A stretch of 64,000 nt of DNA from a virus. Shown here piece by piece: positions 46,501-54,000 of this stretch (positions within the stretch are counted from its first letter, which is position 1; the number at the start of each line of letters is the position of its first letter). Under the pieces are notes generated by a model. The model searched no databases, was not told where the DNA came from, and saw only the letters and a list, made by a program, of their open reading frames with translations. The stretch lies in IMG/VR virus record IMGVR_UViG_3300034283_001913, positions 18,604-82,603 of that record. One strand, given 5' to 3'. The position numbers and the translations under genes are program-made.

Positions 46501-48071
46501 TTAATGAAGCTGAGAAGATTAAGAGTCTTTCTATAGGTGTCTTCTTTAAAGACGGTAAAGCTTATTACGACAGAAGATCTTTAGATCGTCAGTATGCTGG
46601 CCAGCTTTACAATAAGGCAGAGTATGAAGAGCTAGGTTTAGCTAAGCTTCCTATTACAACATTCAGTTCTAAAGAAGAGTATTTCCACTATGTTTTCGAA
46701 AGAGAATATTTAAGAAGTCTTTATCCTAAGCTTTCTGATGTAGAAAAAAGCGCAGAATATGCTTGGATTGCTGGTAATGTTAAGTCGAATACTAAACGTA
46801 AACAGGGAGAAACGGATGAGGCTTTTGCTAGCAGGCTTAAAACTTTGAGCTATGAGGAGTTTCTCAAGGAAAAAGCTTTAGAGAACATCTTTAACACAGA
46901 CAAGATTTTTAAAGGTGAGCTTAGCTTTGCTGATAAACTTGTAATGATTAAAGAGAACTACGGTAAAGAGCTTGCTGAACAGTTCAGTATTATCGAAGCT
47001 CTTGTACCTAACTCTGGAGGCGGTGTAAACAACGTTGTCCTTAAGTCTAAGTTAGATGATCCTGACAAGCTCAATCTCTATTACGAAAACGTAGTTTCTC
47101 TAGCCGATCCTACAGTTAAAAAACTGGAAGACCCTATGGCTAATCAAATGGTTAGCGAGTTCTTTGCTATGCTTCCTCTTGTAGGATTCTTACAGTCCGG
47201 TATGAGTACTAAGTCTATGTTCTCTATTAATAGAGCTATGCCTCAGGATCTCTTTATCAGACTTATGGAGCGTCCTATAAAGGAGTACACTGAAAAACTT
47301 AATCCTTTGGCTCTAGACTTTTTCTATGAAAAGTTCTTGTCTCAGAACAGTCTGAGCAGTAGATCTAAGACTAGAAAGCGCTTTAAGGACTACTATTCTC
47401 AGGACTTTAGTTTAGATGAGACTTATAAACTTCATAAAGAAGGCGTAAAAGAGTATTCTCCTAGACCTTATGCTGAAGAAGCAAAAACGCTTATTGGCAC
47501 TAATGAAGACGGGGTTACGGTTATGAGTAGCTCTATGATCAATCTTGATGTAGCTACAGCAATGGCTGCAGAGAATCCGGATAGCATCTTTGTTTTTAAC
47601 GATGCTTTCCAGGCGGTTCCTCTTACCTTTCCTCAAAGATTATTGCAGGATAGAAACTTCCGAGGCCTGCCTATCTCTAACAAGTTTGGGTTACCTACTT
47701 ATACTGTCTACAGCGTTACAGAAAACTCTGCAGTAAAAGACATTAACGGTACTATAGCACCATTCATGAAACAAAAGATTGATGATGCTATAGATTCTCT
47801 TAAAGCTGAAGCTGAGCGTGGGATGAAACTAGTCTTCAATAGTTCAGGATATGGGCAAGAATGGATAGGTAATTTTATAGATCCTAAATACAAGGATATA
47901 CGAGCCCGTGCCGAGCAAACTTTCTTATATTTGTCTGAGAGACTGTATAAAGAATTTGGGTATGTAAACCCAGGCTATGACCTTACAACACAGGGTAAAA
48001 AGACCCTGCAAGAGTTACAGCCTATTACAGACGATGACGTAAGAGAATTTATGTTAAACTGTTATAGATAA
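37536..48071 (+). CDS. Virion-packaged double-psi-barrel RNA polymerase (crAss/phi14:2 gp66-like) fused to a zincin domain
   Basis: 3511 aa; RIPVQGLNSM and GSDFDIDKL (DFDID at 44697-44711); GDAQGW; HEAWH...EEYLAEDF (39918). Confidence 0.85.
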   Translation: MICVLTTEQQRKFRKKVAKNLLDITEQNTPFSVKEYATSVYNRVLEKTQNSDLALTYAALAPLYIDQIASADRNVKMALMDKNVSFDEIARMVRDFGNEETGLEAVKTTLGIAANIVGDVRNMNESLQQQTQEPPVQAPPVTPSVSANQPVPDPDLRTSSSKKQFNAAKPTIMATRTQEAISDKKGDPNYNVPNPVLVPFFKTIRDVLTKLFSPVVDRDANKIEIVPGMPGVKLRLMPINQIDRSKVLSRDLQPAEANKPSNYDSNEPVLVLTDKYGQPIFFNDNGEYDPNGTPRYYYFRQLYSGNFDAQGNLQPYRAVTPGTADDYSRIDALARQKRISKEEARAQIIKDLELVQKLRKALKDNPDEMLLMDITGGSMGYADWDFNTFTRLSSIDFAGENIRFESAKTEGGVVDLGRVVFTTKQLPGLKIELERPVIKDSPNMVDLLANLMTQDLVEKNSVGDTVKVSVQKRIDYINQYFMTRQEGLDVYSNEDGSFTVKLMGNVIYQSLPTLYKNQQGDFVNREVAPTAQELAENELMGQTARTEIKNYLSNLQVQAKPLDSNSVTDFQKRKAISGTNFYDPQTRSKFTKPGDIFYNTATGLYYSVQYPKGNVKADLLNRNFSDLSIAREGDRFMVNQTEKPYNDYIKENFTIHYPLNAQRQLFRLNAYLSFEPTSSTMEKINPRVEPRVETPVATSTTTDATVPPVQTSALRDAMNNPELDKGIDVKKDELKATEAQIEAARKWYENHPLSKYFPFEAMFTMVNSKNRRAVATWSMQGITLYRGSDYSDLYHEAWHGFTQAFLSPAQKKALYAEAGKMSGSFVDYKGNTVKFSDADEKQLEEYLAEDFRKWMLKGGKADIAQPVKKTIFQKILDFLKALFGDLTYDEVVADSKALRTIHTLYEKLRVGNLSEYTFSEDNATFGVLEKGMMAIKEDASVKSLSYEDSRYLVELTDSLMSEFVDEFSKNKRSSGNISYKWTSTLLKKKAGLKLAYQHVLERSINTRNALKAKLDAATEDVVKNSLTKQVQRLDWFIDNFGNVDNLLENRPKKGEDTRSVIAYHMLKSQVLEPETKEGFFDEDVTKEEDLWSKGREGYDKGGNELSHQEMASTEILFLMRSLHKVDKNGQPVYMPGTEYEYEENGVKKKAGVPQLESFDRVWNATAKLLQNTLNIETMFAKLAEYRKNNKDFPMAQLMDKMGPVDTTGTTEWHLWTNFWQTFNKSRVPLVQAGVEIVNVNKEGKALNFENWRYEIKIGQSSGNIKRVATDWEHYFASAKTRFIKPDKNGVNYLDMAEVIKAYPKAPTGAKEQLAFLRDIGFLLEEDNLDIENALLDEQFDAKPFWYVISKLNKRRDNSGKPAVKITRLSHLKEKYPSFQGKDDNGRDVTYPELEGEGQNWNKILEAEAKYSDLRGNFMVTNAEGNTQFEHTLNNSLTIMVNAVNDVSTYQELINLPWMRHLDVKRNPWAKSSVWLNSIFDMEDLDGEGNIIGKKRLDPKGQPVKFVLENLSGVAVEKNGEFENEKGISSAKADVVTKLLMDLHLSILRGSPELMRHADKGTSFSVFVSRIYNPKVSTKAGQLATAYVPTIQLLRDLKNDNNQSLGYSEGDENMFSNYMLGYINAEHARIRQLRKMAKDGATDFDFKYLTNGRGFVAFSDVLTIDTKKALLKLDQDLDTYLKQNTEDARALRNAMKTDVIQYFNKETARVMDMFKNARGIDGKLLVGKSVLTKLSGQIRNENLGSDNLKTGAQENALVKSFVINSWIHNMESVSVIYGDPALYNMKKEEFHKRNAGVGSTGTIYRTDSLAMDYVNGVLGRGYRKKRFPEKQEDYPFDGRMNTAVVRDNEIRSTYFSQYADALIKDEMARTNVSRQEAEAKVLGAERDKDGNITKLGTVSDPIEGGLIYAYQKMNEGDAQGWITFDSYRILLNLEGKWSDQQEEMYQKIINGQDIDHRTLTQFFPPQKLQYFGPLDTEGLPITAFHKFSLFPLVPTVIKGTKLEDLHDKMVNENIDYALFQSGSKVGTITKEAKKKEKDGFTSFDPVYDKLYSSDGDRQISEETFTKNTIFLNYLKNQLEIAPEFKEKVTFSTQLRKLIEDGLIEGGVPVDFRKDVKNINQRRALWKALRTEEARERESPKYKLYKKYESNVQKLTELKKLELLDEMNWKMVNGKPEGSLKNLLEFVRKEMTRQEMADHEIDFVDLGYGGNKIKHDFSMSLSAEKIEKMLNSIVTRRLIKQKVNGEALIQVSGAGFETASSTGRDYTNPTDEQRKRWGTNDLPTYHKKADGTTAAMKVKVAMQGQFKKLLNLRDKEGNRIGTVDKLNTLLQDEEWLNTADHRRMITMVGVRIPVQGLNSMEFMEVYEFLPEEAGNIIVPPAEIVAKSGSDFDIDKLTVMMPSYTTEIQEDGSRRITMARQRTKQEVDKLYAQYERYYVEKERALTEVSPVTGSLEDLAPFNSLLFSIFGDTAENLDAELADILREEGKISSKEDFARKLNGTKAVENDLIWNIKEILELEDNFAALIKPNGTDIVKPLADELASKVTQYNPKQRLSGELSAEDAAELGEIPGQIAGTRIFEIGYNQYKHSSNNIGKQTLGLGAVDNTFNSIFNRIGAYLLPVAKVPTKRGSKQTFDVVQTLRVPHNTLDINGQQAISLSHIMAKDGNRISDVISQLINGWVDIAKDAWIFNIQGNKEIAPILLFMVQAGVPFKTAVYLASQPIVREYVEAQRRAKSTFGDMMGTAPEKGAMMFRVEARSKILSDGRFNFLEDLNLNARDVNKKAVFYKKTEDFLDRTLGATNEFSEADLKKEIEDHAEALEKGEEPKYSDVQKAAFLHFIQIEEMATAVRDVKMSMNFDTSKSDSLFDAQNRTLMLQKLRENGRLPEHLVDDILKETIIGSFYVQPFQLEIWKDLFPLRNSKVLNDWLAEKLASNIADDVNATFGDAEVFSNELRNDLVNFIFQNTLKNFNIGKLTHYKGEAVEDIMASKLNEAEKIKSLSIGVFFKDGKAYYDRRSLDRQYAGQLYNKAEYEELGLAKLPITTFSSKEEYFHYVFEREYLRSLYPKLSDVEKSAEYAWIAGNVKSNTKRKQGETDEAFASRLKTLSYEEFLKEKALENIFNTDKIFKGELSFADKLVMIKENYGKELAEQFSIIEALVPNSGGGVNNVVLKSKLDDPDKLNLYYENVVSLADPTVKKLEDPMANQMVSEFFAMLPLVGFLQSGMSTKSMFSINRAMPQDLFIRLMERPIKEYTEKLNPLALDFFYEKFLSQNSLSSRSKTRKRFKDYYSQDFSLDETYKLHKEGVKEYSPRPYAEEAKTLIGTNEDGVTVMSSSMINLDVATAMAAENPDSIFVFNDAFQAVPLTFPQRLLQDRNFRGLPISNKFGLPTYTVYSVTENSAVKDINGTIAPFMKQKIDDAIDSLKAEAERGMKLVFNSSGYGQEWIGNFIDPKYKDIRARAEQTFLYLSERLYKEFGYVNPGYDLTTQGKKTLQELQPITDDDVREFMLNCYR

Positions 48072-48076
48072 TCAAG

Positions 48077-51000
48077 ATGCAAGCATGCCCTATTGGTCCA
48101 GAATGGGATCTCCTCGTAAAAGAGGTAGGTCCCTTTCAGGCATACAGAGACTACCTACAAACTGGTGGCGAAATACGTACTCCTTCCGAAGTAAAAAGCA
48201 AGCTTCAGTCAGAAGGTGTACTTACTTCTATCTATCCGGCTCATCAGTATCAGCTAGAAAGAACTCAGAATAGTATTCCTCCGGCAGATCTAAATGCTTT
48301 AAAAAAGCTGGCAGAAACACTTACTGCTAAGTTTCCGGGCTATGCTTATAAGATAGAGAATCTTCCTAATGAGAACTTTAAGGGAGTATTGGTACCTTCT
48401 ACAGACCCTAGAGCTGTAGGAGGCAAGCCTACAATTATAATCAATGGAGCAAAGGCTAGCAAAGACACTCCTTTACATGAGTTTGGCCACGTGCTTCTCA
48501 ATATGGTTAAGGCCGAAAATACCAGACTCTACTTCGGCCTTCTTAATAAGATGTTTGATTCTTATACAGAAGAGGTAAGGCCTGGAGAAAAAGTTACTAA
48601 GTATCGAGTTAAGGCTAAGTACAAAGAAGAGTTTGCTATTATAGAAGCTCTTTATCCTATTCCTGAAGGACTTAATGATAAGCAAAGGGAAGCTGCAGAA
48701 GTGTACCAGATAGAAGAGTTGATGGTAGAAATGATGGGTAGGTTTGCTGCAGAGTTTTATGACGATAATGGCGAGTTTAAAGATGACCACGTAAGTAGGG
48801 ATAAAACCCTTCAAAGCTTATCTAAAGCTTTAAGAAAGATTTGGGAAACAATTAAAAATATGTTGTTGGGAGGTGTTCAAAATATTGACGCTATTAATAT
48901 TTCTCCGGATGCTTCTCTTGATGACTTAGCTATTATTCTTGCTAATCCTAATATTGCAGTAAAATCAGGAGAGTTAAGTCCTGCTAAACCTGAAATAGAA
49001 AAAATCAATAATAAGATTTTAGAGCTTACATCTTTATATAACCAGATGGATTCCAACGATGTAAAGCTTGTGCAGCTAGGAGAAAATTTCTTTTATCTTA
49101 CAACAGCTCAAGAAGAAGCTTTAAAGAAAGTACAAGAGGCTCTTCTTTGGTATAGAAACTATGTAGACGCAGGAATAGCGCCTAACATGACTACTCCTAA
49201 GATTGAAACAGGTTTAAAGTATGTTTATCAAAAGATTAAAGAGAAAAAAACTCTCTTAGGTAGACCTCTTACGTTTGAAGAATATGAACAGATTTTAGAT
49301 GAGCCTCGTTTAAGATATGTAAAGATTATTTTACAAACTTTTTTCAATAACCATGCAAGATTTAGACTATATAACAACTTTGCCACTAGTACTGAAGGCA
49401 GCATTAGATCTGCTATTGCTAGCTTTGTAAGTGATCTTAATGAAAGGATGTTAGGTAACAGAAGAGGTTATGATCCTAATACTTACGGCGTGAGTCCAGA
49501 TGCACAACTTGGTAATATATTAAAAGATCCTGGTCATTTTTTAAGACCTCTCTTTGTAGCTCAGATGGCTCCTGTTGGAGGACAACTTTTTTCGTATACT
49601 ACACGCAAGACTCCTCAGTATAGAACTAGTAATTATGATAATCTTTCAGATGCTATATTTGATGAAGTTGCTAAGCTTGAAGAAAATAAAAGAAATACTA
49701 AGGCTTATAGAGAGGCAACCTTTACATTAAAATATATAGATCCGGCTACAGGCCAAGAAACTACAGAAGATATAGATGTAGATGGGACTCTTCAGCCAAA
49801 CGGACTAATTAAGACAAATTTTAGATCTGATAAATTTTCTTTTGGTGATGCGGAATGGATAGTTCCAGCAACTGAAGATAATGTAAAAGCTAGATCTATT
49901 GTTTCATATAACTATAATCGTTATGGTGTAGTAGAGGTTAGTAATGGAAAAGCTTTGATTTTACCAGGAGATGGTATTACAGGAACCAGATATAAAGACT
50001 GGTATAAAGCTATTAAAAATAAAGATTATGCCAAAGCTTCCGAGATAGCAAATAATCACGGGGTTCTTAGAGACATTCAAGATCTTAAAGCAGTGATCGA
50101 TATGCCCAACCGGGTTCTGGAAGTAATGGGGCGCGTAATAGATACGGTTTCTTCTCTTTTTGCAGATGCTGACTACGCAGGTATTGAGTTTACTCCTGCT
50201 AGCGGATCATCATCTATAAGAGATTCTGGAGAAGAAAGAGAAAGGATCTATAACCTAATGTTTGCTAGAACCTTTGGTAGATACTCTACTGTTAAAGTAG
50301 GAGATAGAGGACACTCAATGATAGTTCCTACCTGGTATCGATCAAGCCTTAATGTCAATCAGCCTGTTTTTCAGCTAGACCGTACACCAGATTCTATACA
50401 AGAGTTTGCAGAAAGTACAGACACGTCTTTAGCCACAGTTGCTATAGAACCTATGAGGGCGTCTATATCTGTTACTCCGGAAACAACAAGCAACACTAAA
50501 GGGATATCCGGCCTAAAAGCTCTATTACGTAACCTGGCCAACAAGCTTTATGCAAAAGCCCTGGCTAATCAGTTTATGGTAGGCCAGAACGCTATCAAGT
50601 ATGAGTTTATCGATGCGGCTGAAGCAGCAGAGATTACGAAGAACAAGACAAATCCTTGGAACGGAGAGAAAGCTTTCTTCATAGGAGACACAGTATACTT
50701 TGTAGGAGACAGAGTAACCATGGGAGATATGTTCCATGAGTTCTCTCACCCTTTTGTAAGAAGTCTGTATTACCAGAACCGGGAGATGTTTAATAAGATC
50801 TACCGGGATTTACTGAAGACACCTGAGGGATTGGCCTTGTACAGGCAGATGAAGATTGATTATCCGGAACTTAGCGAGACAGACCCGCTGTTTGCTGAGG
50901 AGATGATAGTAAGAACACTTACTGCCGCGTCCGGAATGGAACAGCGTGGTGAAGCTAAATCTGATAGCTTTGCTTCTGTCCTTAAAGATTTGATGTTTGC

Positions 51001-54000
51001 TCTACGTCAAATGCTACGTCAGTTCTTTGGTAAGAGTATTAATGCCTCTAAGCTTACTCCTAATACTAATATTGTAGATCTTGTTAATATGCTTAAGGAA
51101 GGTCAGGTCTTCGAGATAGCTGATGAAGCCCTCGAGGATATCGACACCGTAGCTTATATCCGAGATACTAACCAGTATGTTACTGATCTACTGCGTATCA
51201 GTAAGCCTGAACTTATTGGTCTTACCGTTAGAGCTCACGACATCGCGTTAAAGCAAATCGATGCTGTTTCTCGTAACCGTAATTATGAAGAGATTGCTTC
51301 CCTGCTTGCTGATGAGTTTAAGCGTGGCGACTTACAAGAGATGAAGCGCAATCTTTCGAAGTTTGCTAAACCTCTTGAAGATAAACTACGCCAGAAGCGA
51401 GACGAGGTTGAATATAATAAAGCGCATGCTACCGCGATGGTTAACACCTTCTTCCGGTTGCAGAACATGACGGATAAGATTCGTGGTCACATGTTAGAAC
51501 TATCTAAGGATAAGGACAACATTGACAACATGCACAAAGCGGTCTATTACAACTACTTACTAGACTACTGGTCCAAATATATTGCAGAGGTTATCAAGAC
51601 TATGAATGAGGCTGGTGTACCTACTAGTAATCCTTTGTATTCTCTTGTTACTAGTATCGATGGTAATATCAAAGGGACCCAGAAATATACTAAGGATATC
51701 TACGAAAGAGGTAGCCGGGATGTTATCTATAGCCAGCTCATGCCTATGGCTGAGAACATCGATAAGCGCTATAAAGGTATCATCCAACGTCTTAAGGATA
51801 GAAACGCTTCACCAAAGCTCATTGATTCTTGGATGGTTGAATACACTGGTCTTACCCAAGTAGAAAACGATGAGAGAGATACTCTTCAAAGTTTAAAGGA
51901 TCAGGGTAAGAGCACGTTTGAACAGAACAAGCGCCTAGCGGCTCTTGATAAAAAATCTTTAGATGGCGCTCAAATCACTGAGCAAAAAATTGAGAAAGCT
52001 CTTAAGGGTGAGCTTAAGGACGGTAACGTCTTTAATGCTTTCTTTGAAGGTTACATGTATAGTGCCGATCCTGTTGTAGGAGGCTTTGCTCTTTATGTCA
52101 AGAATCAGATGTCTGATGTAATGAACAAGGCTATGGGCAAGTTTAATGACTATGCCCGAGACATGGCCCCTTTACTTAAAGCTGCAGGTTATAGCGGAGC
52201 TAATGTGAACGCTCTTATAGAAAGAGTAGCTCGTGTAGAAAAGATAGGTCGTATCAATGAAAAAGGTGAGTGGGAAGAAAGAGATGTCTGGACACTGAAG
52301 AGTGCTCATAAAAACTGGCGGATTGATCTAGATCGCGCACGTTATAAAGTAGACGAAGCTCATAAAGAGTACTCCCAGCATAATACCGATGAGACTTACA
52401 AAGCTCTTATTCAAGCTATCGCTGATCGTAAAAAACTTCTTAGAGATTACTTTCACCAAGAATACCAAGCTAAGGTCTATGCTCGAGATTATATGCTTGA
52501 GCAAGGATATCGCGTTGTAACTATTAATGGTAAGCAAGTTGATGTTGGCTTAGAAGCGGCATATCTTAAAGACCGTCTGTTTGAACTGATGGGTGAGATT
52601 ACCAATTCTAATACTTCTCAATTAGACGAGCTTCAGACTTCAGATAAGATGGATGATCTCTGGAGACAATATCACCAGCTCTTTTCTTTAGTAGACGCTA
52701 ACGGTAAGATGAAGACTGGTCTGGATAAAGAGATCGCTGTTCTCTTAAAAGAATATCGCGAAGCTTCAAAAGATCCAGATACCGGCGAGTCTTATTTTGA
52801 ATGGAAGCCTCGCACAGGTTTGTTTGAAAACTCCATGGCTCAGTTTGAGCAAGAACTTGCTCAAAGATTTGCTCCAGGTAGCCCAGCATATGAAAGAGAG
52901 TTTTCAAGATGGGTGCGCAAGAATAGCCGCGTCGCTATAAAGAAAGAATACTTCGATGAGATCCGCAGTATCATGGCGGATATAGAATCGATTATGAGCA
53001 AGCTTCCTGATTCTACTAAGAAGAAGTATGCAATCTCAGAGACTTACTCTAAGATTATGGATCTTGTTGCAGGTAACCGTGATGATGACGGTCAGCCTAA
53101 TGGTATGAACTTTACCCAAAAAGGTATAGAGTTTATCAAACAGCAGCAAGAGCTTCTCAATGAGATGATGAAAGGGTTTGCTAATCTGTCCGGATTAAAC
53201 GAAGATGAAGCTTCTCGTTACAGTTACTACTGGGACCAGATCAATAACAAGGTACCTCTTAGTGCTGCAGAACAATCCGACTTTAATAATCTTAGAAACA
53301 AGTCTGATAATACAGGTCTTAGTAAACTTCAAAAAGAAAAACTCTTTGCTTCATTTGCTAAGCTTGATGGCTTACGTAAAAAAGAGGCCACCACTTATTA
53401 CTGCCTGATCATGAATAATCAGCTGAGCAAACTTGATACAGCTCAGATGATGAGAATCATGAATACTAATAACATCACATCTGAATCTGCAGATCTAATC
53501 TTGCAGGGTAACGTGATTAATTCTCTTCTTGGTCAGAGCGCAGAGTTCGATGCTTGGTTCTATGCTAACCATATCCAGAAAGAAGTATATGATCAGGAGC
53601 TTGGTGCAAAGAAACCTGTATGGCAAAGAATATATGTGTGGAATGTAACCCGTCCGGTTAATGAAGATTTTTATGAGAAGACTGTAGTAACACGCGCAGA
53701 TGGCAGATCTTATACTATAAAAGGTTTGCCGGCAATGAAATACTATAGCCGTGTTGTAAAGCCTCAGTATCGTACTGAAAGAATCATAGGCAATACTGTA
53801 GATAACCAGGGGAACTTCCTACCTCGACTGGACATACCAAATAGCCCTTATATAGATCAGGACTATTTGAATATGCAGAGTACAGATCCTAAGCACTATG
53901 CTATCCTTGAAAAGATGAAGGAGCATCATCTCCGGAATCAAGAAGGATTGTCATATAGAAGCCGACTCTATCTTGATATTCCTAGATATAGAAAAAATGC

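Noticed and set aside
47926-47933. Internal Bacteroidota -7 box TATATTTG upstream of gene 48077
   Set aside because: It lies in coding sequence with no TTTG at the expected -33 spacing; cannot be supported without TSS data.
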